Part shown: positions 9,303 to 17,016 of the stretch, in pieces
Position numbering within the stretch: position 1 is the first letter of the stretch
Layout: each line of letters opens with the position of its first letter
Notes under the pieces: generated by a model
What the model was told of the DNA's origin: nothing
Seen by the model: only the letters and a program-made list of their open reading frames with translations
The model's database searches: none
Made by a program: the position numbers and the translations under genes
Origin: a virus
Lineage: Duplodnaviria > Caudoviricetes
Virus record (IMG/VR): IMGVR_UViG_3300031227_000191
Coordinates: 1-35,908 of that record
DNA length: 35,908 bases
Direction: 5' to 3' (one strand)

Positions 9303-10856
9303 TTAAGTCCAACCAGAGGCGCTTAGTTTGTCAACAGGAAGTATGGGCTGATCCATGCCAAATATGTCAGCCCCGGTGTCCGAGTCGCCGGTTATTGAGG
9401 CGGTACGGGCCAGGAGACAGAGGTACTGCAAGGCGTCGTGAGGATGTGACCATTCATTTTTCTCCGGGCTGGCCTGGAACCGGTCAGAGCTTCCCGTCTT
9501 AATCTTTGCATACTGATACTTCCCCTGGAAGCCCTTGCGCAGCATGTCGGATTTATTGTCCAACTCAAAACCGGCAGCACCATCCACCATCCGGGTCAAG
9601 AAATAAACAACCGCCTCCCGGCGTGCTATGAAGCTGTTTGTCGGCGCCGGGTCGGTCGGAATGCCCTCGGCATGCAGGATTTGCATGCAAGTCACTTCGT
9701 CAGTCTGCGACCTGGCGGTACCCGCGGGGTCACCGCAGCTAAGCAGCCGCATCCCAGCATAACTATTCAACAACAGCGGCCTGACTACCTCCCGAATGAA
9801 CCTGGTGATGCCCATGTCCTCGCTGCAGCGCTCGTCAAGTATCCTAAGCTTGCCTTGCGGCGTTAGTTGGCCAAAGATACAGGCCGGAGTCAAACCAAAA
9901 TCCCAGCCTAAGAGCAGCGGGAGCCCTCGATACGGTGCCAATGGGGCTCCAGTGCAGTGCAAAGAGTCCGTATATTCCGGGTAAACCGGTCTCCCGGTCA
10001 TTAAAGTCCCATATTCGCCGGCAACGAAGACCTTAACCCAGGCATCCAGCTTACCGGGGATCATTCGTTCCCAATACTCAAACTCCTCGTCATAAAATCT
10101 AACGTAATCGGCAGCCGGATACCTGGGATCCTGGCCGCGATTAGGCTTGTAGACTATCTTTGTGGCCGAGATTCCGAGTTTCTTCTCGACATCGTCACAC
10201 TTGACGACCGTAGGGATCATCGCCGGCGGGTACCGAAAGAACTCAAAGCCTTCTGGCCTCTCAATTTCAGCTAATCTGTAGTACCAATGGTCGTCTGACG
10301 GAGGGTTGGTATCCATAATGATGCCCTTCCACAGCGAGCCACCCCACAATTTGCCGGGGAACCTAAGTCTCGTGGTGGAAATGTCAAAAATTGACTTGCG
10401 GATCTCCGACACCTCGTTCAAAAAGATCCCGGTCAGTTCCAAAGATTTCATCTTATGGACGTCATCATCCCGATCGAGAGCTAAAAACAAGATTTCAAGC
10501 TCTACCTTGGTGCCATCCTGAAGCTTAATATTAAGTCTCCCGGTGATCGGAGGGGACCTGGAGATAGGGCACAAGGCTTCCGGGACCCATTCCTGCCAGG
10601 TTTTCATGGTTGTGCTGATAAGTTCGGAGTATGTGTTCCGAACAAAGGCCCAGCGCGACCGGCGGACCCCGTTGAAAATGCGCTGTTCGCAGGCCCTACT
10701 CAAGACTTCCATGCAACAAGTGACCGTCTTACCGGTGCCAACCGGACCCATTATACCGCGGTAGGTCGCCGAGCTGGCATGGAATTGTTTTGCCACAAAG
10801 GCTGGGTCATAGTCAGGAAATTTAATCTCATGTAGAGCCTGCGATAACTGCGCCAT
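9303..10856 (-). CDS. terL: Terminase large subunit
   Basis: Walker A GPVGTGKT, Walker B IFLNE, coupling motif DTNP, RNase H-like nuclease LGWDFGLTP...GDPAG...HPHDALQY. Confidence 0.95.
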   Translation of the reverse strand: MAQLSQALHEIKFPDYDPAFVAKQFHASSATYRGIMGPVGTGKTVTCCMEVLSRACEQRIFNGVRRSRWAFVRNTYSELISTTMKTWQEWVPEALCPISRSPPITGRLNIKLQDGTKVELEILFLALDRDDDVHKMKSLELTGIFLNEVSEIRKSIFDISTTRLRFPGKLWGGSLWKGIIMDTNPPSDDHWYYRLAEIERPEGFEFFRYPPAMIPTVVKCDDVEKKLGISATKIVYKPNRGQDPRYPAADYVRFYDEEFEYWERMIPGKLDAWVKVFVAGEYGTLMTGRPVYPEYTDSLHCTGAPLAPYRGLPLLLGWDFGLTPACIFGQLTPQGKLRILDERCSEDMGITRFIREVVRPLLLNSYAGMRLLSCGDPAGTARSQTDEVTCMQILHAEGIPTDPAPTNSFIARREAVVYFLTRMVDGAAGFELDNKSDMLRKGFQGKYQYAKIKTGSSDRFQASPEKNEWSHPHDALQYLCLLARTASITGDSDTGADIFGMDQPILPVDKLSASGWT

Positions 10857-10858
10857 TT

Positions 10859-11467
10859 TTAATCCCTTTCGTCAACCGTCACCTTTACCGAAGTGACTTG
10901 CTCGGCTTTGATCGTAGCGTGTCTCACAATAACCTGAAACTCAGCGCCCGGGAACTGGGTAGCCAGGTCCCTAGCATTCCGGACAGCCTGGTCACGAAGC
11001 GTATAAGTCTGCAAGGTTCCGTCTTCCCCGGCAAGGTTAATCCAGCACAGAACGACAACATCATTCGGATTTGTTACCGAGATCCCCTGCTGTACCAGAT
11101 ACAGCTGGGAGGGCTTTCGCCTTCGCTTTGGCTCTTCGCTTACTTCTGGCGACTTGTCGCTTTTTTCGCTTTTCGGCGTCGCTGAGCACTGGAGCGGGGG
11201 CAGGTTCAAATTCGGGAGGTCTACTGAAGAGACAGGCTCCTTGAAGGGGGTTACCGGTTTGGACTTTGCTGCTGAATCTTTCACCTGCTTCGCGATTCCC
11301 GCCGCCGTTTTCGCCAGTGCACATTGGATCCTCGCTGCCTCCTGCAATGGGGTTTCCTTCGGGGTCTCCGATGCGTCTAGCTCCTGCTGCTTGGTTTCCG
11401 TCGGTGAAGGTATCCGGGAGTCCTGCGGTATCTTCTGATTCTGCTTCGGTGTAGGGTTCAAGTCCAT
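10859..11467 (-). CDS. Hypothetical protein between terS and terL
   Basis: 202 aa with strong GAAAGGAAG RBS; stop lies 2 bp before terL start; low-complexity N-half overlaps the terS frame. Confidence 0.7.
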   Translation of the reverse strand: MDLNPTPKQNQKIPQDSRIPSPTETKQQELDASETPKETPLQEAARIQCALAKTAAGIAKQVKDSAAKSKPVTPFKEPVSSVDLPNLNLPPLQCSATPKSEKSDKSPEVSEEPKRRRKPSQLYLVQQGISVTNPNDVVVLCWINLAGEDGTLQTYTLRDQAVRNARDLATQFPGAEFQVIVRHATIKAEQVTSVKVTVDERD

Positions 11468-12026
11468 CGGTCTTCCTTTCGGTTATTTCTTTTGGGTCTC
11501 GCACAATGTTCATATTCAAATTCAAAACTACTCCCTCGCCCTGGATGTTTGACAAGGACTGCCGGTCGTATTTGTCCGGGTTGTTGGCTTTGAGCTGCAA
11601 GGCCAGCAAAGAGTCAGAGTATTCCCTGATATGGCCAACTGTTTTTCCGCGCCAGAACACAGGCTTCTCGACGCCTTCAACCGCGCGCCGGTCGGCTTCA
11701 TCCTGCCTCACAAGAATCCAGTATTGCTTCTGGGCTTCTTCACATTCAAGATAAAAATCCCACAGAGGTCTGCAGCGCCGGTAGATTTGGTAGAACTGCA
11801 TCCAGGTCATGCCGGCGGCTTCGAGAGCGTGCCGGTGACGTAACCCGGAGGCCAGGCCTTTCAGAAAAATTATGATGGCAGCGTGGTGTGGTTTTATTGT
11901 GGGGAACTCTTTGATCGAAGGATGATCAAGGATACTGAAGTCTAGGATGCTTTCCACTTCAGGGTTCGGCGGAATTTTTTCCACACCGCTCCGGGTGCTG
12001 CGCTGCTTTGGTTTTGTTACTTTCAT
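11061..12026 (-). CDS. terS: Terminase small subunit with long C-terminal extension
   Basis: EADRRAVEGVEKPVFWRGKTVGHIREYSDSLLALQLKANNPDKY is a typical small-terminase motif; HTH-like N-region; probable ATG at 12026. Confidence 0.8.
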   Translation of the reverse strand: MKVTKPKQRSTRSGVEKIPPNPEVESILDFSILDHPSIKEFPTIKPHHAAIIIFLKGLASGLRHRHALEAAGMTWMQFYQIYRRCRPLWDFYLECEEAQKQYWILVRQDEADRRAVEGVEKPVFWRGKTVGHIREYSDSLLALQLKANNPDKYDRQSLSNIQGEGVVLNLNMNIVRDPKEITERKTDGLEPYTEAESEDTAGLPDTFTDGNQAAGARRIGDPEGNPIAGGSEDPMCTGENGGGNREAGERFSSKVQTGNPLQGACLFSRPPEFEPAPAPVLSDAEKRKKRQVARSKRRAKAKAKALPAVSGTAGDLGNKSE

Positions 12027-12034
12027 GTGGTGTA

Positions 12035-12063
12035 AAGGTAGCACTCTAAAGTTCAAAAGTCAA
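12035..12063 (-). promoter_or_regulatory. sigma70-like promoter for terS (near-leaderless transcript)
   Basis: Minus strand TTGACT-17 bp-TACCTT with extended TG and AT-rich upstream tract; ATG follows 8 nt after the -10 with no RBS. Confidence 0.55.
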
Positions 12064-12357
12064 ATAAAAAATAAAAAATATTTTGGAGAGCCCTCGTGTG
12101 CGGGTGCGAGGCTGAAAAATTTTATAGGAGTCTCGGCATCTTGGGATCTAGGCGTCTAGGCGTCTAGGTTACCGGGTGTGCAATTCACAAGTGACAAGGG
12201 GGTATATATAACAGCCCCAACCCCCATCAAGCCAATGTCCGGTATACCCCCCTAGCCACTCCTACCCAGATACAAGGCCTCCGTTTTCCAAAGCAGCCGT
12301 GTCACGAGCCATCATTGTCACCAGGCCACCGTGGTAGCTCGTGCATATATTGACCAT

Positions 12358-12465
12358 TGTGCGCCGAACAGAGGGACTGCAGGCTAGACGGATGCTAGCC
12401 GCATATCCCGCTCACAAGGACTGACTAATGCTCAGGACTAGTGAGCGCCTGTTCGTAAATGCACA
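12358..12465 (+). ncRNA. Candidate structured RNA (multi-stem junction)
   Basis: Nested pairings TGTGC/GCACA, CGAACAG/CTGTTCG, GGGA..TGC.GGCTAG/CTAGCC.GCA..TCCC, GCTCAC/GTGAGC in a non-coding region, followed by a terminator-like hairpin. Confidence 0.5.
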
Positions 12466-12466
12466 G

Positions 12467-12522
12467 CCCCTGCTTAGTGTTACTCAGCTGCCACTTATGT
12501 GGTATCTAAGTAGGGGTTTTTT
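12467..12522 (+). terminator. Intrinsic terminator-like hairpin
   Basis: CCCCTGCTTAG...CTAAGTAGGGG stem (one G-U on + strand) followed by TTTTTT. Confidence 0.65.
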
Positions 12523-12589
12523 CCGTTAAGCTTGGTTCCTGTGTTGTGTACAACGTACATACACAGCTTCACGGTATCTAAGCAGATCT

Positions 12590-12692
12590 TTTTAAGCTTC
12601 CCCTTACCCAGTTCTCGGGCCACTTGTGGTATTACGGTCTCTTTTAAGCTTCCCCTTACCCAGTTCTCGGGCCACTTGTGGTATTACGGTCT
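12590..12692. repeat. Perfect tandem duplication of 51 bp (period 52)
   Basis: ttttaagcttccccttacccagttctcgggccacttgtggtattacggtct at 12590-12640 and 12642-12692. Confidence 0.95.
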
Positions 12693-12927
12693 GGTATTCA
12701 GAGTCACCCAGTTACTAGTCAACAGCTTACGACTATCTAGGGTTCTGGGGATCTCGGTTGCCAAGTGGGCGAGGGAGAGGATAACATCAATCTTTCAGTT
12801 CTCGTGTGTACGTTATGTGTTTTGTTTTACTCAGTTGATCGTGCATACGTTGTTATTTGTGCGCTTTGCACGGAAGGGTCATTCTGATCCAGCCGGGAGC
12901 TAGAGCGCTAACCTAAAGAGGAGTACT

Positions 12928-13242
12928 ATGAAAATAGTTAAGCTTATAAAGATATGCAAACCATTCGAATCCAAAGCCGGCAACGTCATGGTTCCCACCT
13001 ACGTTCAAAATACAAACGGAGAGATTGAATCCTCCAACATCTGCATCGGCGAGGCTGTAGACAGTCCGTCCGACGTCTTCATCGATATCTGGGGCACCGG
13101 AAGCCCCAAAGAAGTCCTGACCGCCTTCATCGGCAAAGAGATGGAGGCAGAAACCATCTCCGAAACGGTCAACACCCCGGGTGAAAAGCCCAAGACCAAA
13201 AAGTATATTAACCTCAGACCAGTAAGATCCAGCTGGGAATAA
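12928..13242 (+). CDS. Hypothetical early protein (possible OB-fold-like)
   Basis: 104 aa, GAGGAG RBS, first gene of the + arm. Confidence 0.75.
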   Translation: MKIVKLIKICKPFESKAGNVMVPTYVQNTNGEIESSNICIGEAVDSPSDVFIDIWGTGSPKEVLTAFIGKEMEAETISETVNTPGEKPKTKKYINLRPVRSSWE

Positions 13243-13243
13243 G

Positions 13244-13306
13244 AATCAAGCCCACTCAGTTACTGTACAAACGGTAACTGAGTGGGACTTCTTATAAGGT
13301 ACCTTC
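13244..13306 (+). repeat. Intergenic hairpin repeat, copy 1
   Basis: aatcaagcccactcagttactgtacaaacggtaactgagtgggacttcttataaggtaccttc; 16-bp stem. Confidence 0.95.
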
Positions 13307-13401
13307 TATCTTATAAAAAACAACCAACTTCAATATCAAAACTATCCCCAGATCAACCGGAGAGAGGATAACCAAGTAACCTTGACAATTAGGAGTAGAA
13401 C

Positions 13402-13551
13402 ATGAAAATACCAGACACATCAACAAAAGCATTACAAGCCAACGCAACACGTAGGGCAAAATTCCACAAAGATAAACACGAAGCTTATATACGCGCCAAC
13501 CCAACACCAACACCAAACAAATTCACCAAAAACAACTCTAAAGCTCCATAA
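13402..13551 (+). CDS. Small basic hypothetical protein (49 aa)
   Basis: MKIPDTSTKALQANATRRAKFHKDKHEAY...; TAGGAGTAGAAC-ATGAAAAT leader nearly identical to that of the 13681 gene. Confidence 0.55.
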   Translation: MKIPDTSTKALQANATRRAKFHKDKHEAYIRANPTPTPNKFTKNNSKAP

Positions 13552-13601
13552 GACTTGACTCTGAGACAAGAGTGCTTATAGAGTCAAGCGGAGCCACGGA
13601 A

Positions 13602-13654
13602 AATCAAGCCCACTCAGTTACTGTGCAAACGGTAACTGAGTGGGACTTCTTATA
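13602..13654 (+). repeat. Intergenic hairpin repeat, copy 2
   Basis: Same as copy 1 with loop GCAA instead of ACAA. Confidence 0.95.
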
Positions 13655-13680
13655 TAGTACCATCTAACTAGGAGTAGAAG

Positions 13681-14196
13681 ATGAAAATCACGATTGAAAT
13701 AATGGGGGGCAAGAACATAGAGGGCAAAGCTTCCTGCTTCGCTGAGTTTGTTCAAAGACATAAATTTGAACTATCGAACGCAAATCTAAAACACACTGAC
13801 TTGTCCGGTGCTAAACTGACCTACGCGAATCTGAGGCACGCTGACCTGTCAGGCGCTGACCTGAGAGACGCGGATCTGTTAAACGCAGATCTGTCAAGTA
13901 CCAAACTGAAAGGCACTAATCTGGCAGGCGCCGACCTGTCAGACGCTAACATGAAACACGCCGACCTAAGAGGCGCAGATCTCGACTATGCATCAATGTT
14001 CACACTAAAGTGCGAGTCATTCGGCGCAACGCTGGACAAACGGCAAATGGCCCAACAGGCCTATCACTTTTGCCGTCACAAATGTGACGACCCAGAAGTC
14101 AGGGCAGCTCAAGAAGCCCTGATACCATTAGCGAATCAATTCCATCACGTAGATAAGTGCGGCAAAGTAACAACACACCCAGTCACCACAGCCTAA
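13681..14196 (+). CDS. Pentapeptide repeat protein (paralogue 1)
   Basis: A(D/N)LxxA(D/N)Lxx repeats; AGGAG RBS. Confidence 0.92.
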   Translation: MKITIEIMGGKNIEGKASCFAEFVQRHKFELSNANLKHTDLSGAKLTYANLRHADLSGADLRDADLLNADLSSTKLKGTNLAGADLSDANMKHADLRGADLDYASMFTLKCESFGATLDKRQMAQQAYHFCRHKCDDPEVRAAQEALIPLANQFHHVDKCGKVTTHPVTTA

Positions 14197-14197
14197 G

Positions 14198-14261
14198 AAT
14201 CAACCCCCACTCAGTTACTGTACAAACGGTAACTGAGTGGGACTTCTTATAAGGTACCTTC
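14198..14261 (+). repeat. Intergenic hairpin repeat, copy 3
   Basis: Near-identical to copy 1 including the aaggtaccttc tail. Confidence 0.95.
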
Positions 14262-14353
14262 GAGAACAAGTAAGATATATTGATATTAGTTTTTTTTCAC
14301 TTTTCACGAGAAATTCAAGCCCGACTAGTCAATCTGCTTGACCTAGACAATTT

Positions 14354-14467
14354 GCCCATAACGGAAACATGTTTGACACCAGTAAGACCACGCTTGGGGA
14401 ACTCTCGGGGTGTAACGTCTTAAACTCATGTACAAACACTGTGGTTCGACTCCATAGGTGGGCACCA
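14354..14467 (+). ncRNA. tRNA-like RNA 1 (acceptor + T arm + CCA; long hairpin replaces D/anticodon arms)
   Basis: GCCCAT/GTGGGC acceptor, A-CCA end, CTGTGG-TTCGACT-CCATAG T arm, internal ACATG/CATGT and TAAGAC/GTCTTA pairings. Confidence 0.7.
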
Positions 14468-14475
14468 ATTTTGAT

Positions 14476-14611
14476 ACTCCCAATAGAAAGGTGCGATGGT
14501 TGAAGGCCTTACAATGTGCAGGGGCAAGCTGACCTAACACACCTTCTTTGCCGTTCAATTAGCTGTTGATCGACAATGCATTTGCCGGTGCAATTCCGGC
14601 AGGGAGCACCA
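14476..14611 (+). ncRNA. tRNA-like RNA 2 (same architecture as RNA 1)
   Basis: (A)CTCCC/GGGAG(C) acceptor, A-CCA end, TGCCGG-TGCAATT-CCGGCA T arm, long internal stem TGGTTGAAGGC/GCCGTTCAATTA. Confidence 0.65.
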
Positions 14612-14623
14612 AGCTAACAATCA

Positions 14624-14800
14624 AAGAACACCGAAGTGTAGCTCAAAGGTAGAGCAGCCACTACAGTGGTGTGTTATGGGTTCGATTCCCAGCCCAAAAG
14701 TGTTCTTAGACCAAGGTGATAGACGATTGCGGCAGGCAGCAACAAAGTGTGCGAACCTACCGTAAAACGGAACAAGCCGACGGGCATGTGAAATCCACCT
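14624..14800 (+). ncRNA. Bipartite RNA A: anticodon-less tRNA-like domain plus conserved 3' domain
   Basis: D arm TAGCTCAAAGGTAGAGC, short hairpin GCCAC-TACA-GTGGT, T arm TGGG-TTCGATT-CCCA, closing stem AAGAACAC/GTGTTCTT; then AAGGTGATAGAC...GGAACAAGCC...ATGTGAAATCCACCT. Confidence 0.65.
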
Positions 14801-14814
14801 ATAGTTTCAATCTA

Positions 14815-15007
14815 TTGACCATAGAATGCTACTGTATAACTCAGCGATAGAGCAGCCGCGGAATAGCGGAAGACTGTGGGTTCAACTCCCACCTACATAA
14901 GATGTTCAAAGGTCAAGTAAGGTGATAGACCAATACAGACAGTAAGGAGACCGCTCCCAAGCTGTACGTATAAGGGAACACGCCAGCAAACATGTGAAAT
15001 CCACCTT
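14815..15007 (+). ncRNA. Bipartite RNA B: paralogue of RNA A
   Basis: D arm TAACTCAGCGATAGAGC, hairpin CCGC-GGAATA-GCGG, T arm GTGGG-TTCAACT-CCCAC, closing stem TTGACC/GGTCAA; then AAGGTGATAGAC...GGAACACGCC...ATGTGAAATCCACCT. Confidence 0.65.
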
Positions 15008-15038
15008 AACTTTGCAAACCCCACCAGCACCCAACCTA

Positions 15039-15177
15039 TATGTGTCCCGAATTGCTGACCCGCCCGACAGACTCTTAGTAATATGTGAGAGTCATCATAT
15101 GAACAGACAGGAAGTCAATGCGACTGACTCAAGCAAAAGGCAGGCTTCATGGTTGGACTCCATGAGCGGGACACGTA
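15039..15177 (+). ncRNA. tRNA-like RNA 5 (acceptor-like stem + T-like arm, no encoded CCA)
   Basis: TATGTGTCCCG/CGGGACACGTA terminal stem, TCATGG-TTGGACT-CCATGA arm, internal hairpins GACTCT/AGAGTC and AGTCA/TGACT. Confidence 0.5.
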
Positions 15178-15255
15178 CTTTAACAAAGGGACCTAGCGAC
15201 CCGGAATCCAGGACACCAAGATACCAAGAGCCGGACAACCGCCAGGTCTAAACTC

Positions 15256-15310
15256 GTCATGGCTGGAAATGTACTACTCCTACTCCGATACTACATTCTC
15301 CAGCCATGAC
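15256..15310 (+). terminator. Strong hairpin closing the RNA cluster
   Basis: gtcatggctgga...tccagccatgac perfect 12-bp stem; poor U-tract. Confidence 0.45.
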
Positions 15311-15321
15311 CCAATTTAGTC

Positions 15322-15761
15322 AAAATCCCACCCTCGGAAAAACCCACCCTCCCTAAAAAAGGGTGGGATCTGTAAGTCGTTGACTATCAACACATCGACT
15401 TTCAAATAAACCCACCCTTTTCGACCTAAAAAGAGGGTGGGTTTACACAACCAGCTTGCATACAACCACTTACAATTCCCAATCCCACCCTACCCACCCG
15501 TTTGACCCTATAAAGTATCGGGAGGCTGTAAAATCACCCTAAATACATATTCTACACACTTATATAGTATATAGTATTAAGAGGGTGGGATTACAATCAG
15601 GAATATTTGAATACCAACGACTTACGAAAACCCCTCACAGAACCCAAAAAATAAAGGGTGGGTAAGTCAGATTTTTAGTCCTTGAATACCAACACTTTAC
15701 CAATCCCACCCTCTATTTTGAAAAACACCAAAGGGTGGGATTTCGGAGAGGGTGGGATTTT
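15322..15761. repeat. Putative replication origin: 12 CCCACCC/GGGTGGG iterons around an AT-rich core
   Basis: Six CCCACCC (15327, 15343, 15411, 15484, 15493, 15705) and six GGGTGGG (15361, 15435, 15583, 15656, 15733, 15750); terminal inverted repeat aaaatcccaccctc/gagggtgggatttt; central tatatagtatatagtatta. Confidence 0.75.
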
Positions 15762-15806
15762 AACCCTGAAATCAAAACGGCCTAGAAACAAACGAGAACA
15801 ACTAAT

Positions 15807-17006
15807 ATGTACAAAATAAAATTAAAAGATATGAAAGTCCCAGCCTACATTTGGACTGAAGACGGAGCCATGGAGGCTGGAACTCTTAGACAGATACAAA
15901 ACCTAAGCATGCTGCGGTCAGCCTTCCACCACATAGTTCTTTGTCCAGATGGACACCAAGGCTACGGGATGCCCATTGGTGGTGTCCTAGCCACAAAGGG
16001 GACAATCATACCTAATGCAGTCGGAGTAGACATTGGCTGCGGCATGTGCGCAGTCAAAACGTCACTCACTGACATCTCCCGATCTGACCTGGAATCAATT
16101 AAAGCTAAAATCAGACTCAAAGTGCCGGTTGGATTCCACCACCACGAGCTGAGAACAATGTGGTCAGGATTCAAATTGGCCCCAACGAGCAGTCCGATAG
16201 TTCAACAAGAACTACAGGCCTCTCATTACCAGCTGGGAACCCTGGGTGGCGGAAACCACTTCATGGAGATCCAGCAAGACCAGGCAGACGGCCGTATTTG
16301 GCTGATGCTGCACTCCGGGTCTCGTAATTTTGGCTTGAAAATAGCCAAATACTACAACACCATCGCAAAAAAAGCCTGTGATATGTGGGACTCAGACATA
16401 CCAAACACAGACCTAGCCTTTCTCCCACTCGATTCTGAAGAAGGTATTGAGTACATAAATGCGATGGAATATGCATTGAAATTTGCTAAGGAATCAAGGA
16501 GACGGATGATGTTTAGTATGATAAACACTTTGAAGTGGTACTATCATGTTGAGCACAAGATTAAAGATCTGGTTGAGTGCGACACAATAATCGACGTCCA
16601 TCACAATTACGCCCGAATGGAAAATCATTTTGGACACAACGTGATGGTACACCGAAAGGGAGCCATATCAGCGCGTAAAGGCGAAACAGGCATCATACCA
16701 GGATCCCAGGGAACACTGTCGTACATCGTCGAGGGACTTGGCAACCCGGACTCTTTCATGTCCTGTAGCCATGGCGCCGGCAGACGGATGAGCAGAACCC
16801 AAGCACGAAAAGAGTTGGACTTCGTCGCCGAAGTAGCTAAACTCGAGGAGACTGGTACTGCCCACTGCCTTAAACACCCAAAGCAGCTCGACGAAGCACC
16901 GGGAGCTTACAAGGACATCGAAGATGTCATGGCAAACCAGAGTGACCTTGTCAAAATAGTAGCAGCCTTGAAACCACTGGCCACGATAAAAAGTGGACCT
17001 GAATAG
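15807..17006 (+). CDS. rtcB: RtcB-family RNA ligase
   Basis: PDGHQGYGMPIGGV, VGVDIGCGM, LGTLGGGNHFME, HSGSR, HHNY, HRKGA, SCSHGAGR, LDEAPGAYKDI motifs. Confidence 0.97.
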   Translation: MYKIKLKDMKVPAYIWTEDGAMEAGTLRQIQNLSMLRSAFHHIVLCPDGHQGYGMPIGGVLATKGTIIPNAVGVDIGCGMCAVKTSLTDISRSDLESIKAKIRLKVPVGFHHHELRTMWSGFKLAPTSSPIVQQELQASHYQLGTLGGGNHFMEIQQDQADGRIWLMLHSGSRNFGLKIAKYYNTIAKKACDMWDSDIPNTDLAFLPLDSEEGIEYINAMEYALKFAKESRRRMMFSMINTLKWYYHVEHKIKDLVECDTIIDVHHNYARMENHFGHNVMVHRKGAISARKGETGIIPGSQGTLSYIVEGLGNPDSFMSCSHGAGRRMSRTQARKELDFVAEVAKLEETGTAHCLKHPKQLDEAPGAYKDIEDVMANQSDLVKIVAALKPLATIKSGPE

Positions 17007-17016
17007 GAGTAAAAAC

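Noticed and set aside
12532-12903. 123-aa ORF in the control region
   Set aside because: TTG start with no RBS, spans the 52-bp duplication, atypical composition
13244-14261. CRISPR array
   Set aside because: Only three repeats, longer than 50 bp, separated by 300-550 bp gene-containing segments; no cas operon
14354-15177. Canonical decoding tRNA genes or tmRNA
   Set aside because: No element has a 5-bp anticodon stem with a 7-nt loop plus standard acceptor; too short and lacking G3-U70 for tmRNA
14994-15251. 85-aa ORF in the RNA cluster
   Set aside because: Its GTG start lies within the conserved RNA motif and it overlaps structured elements; no RBS
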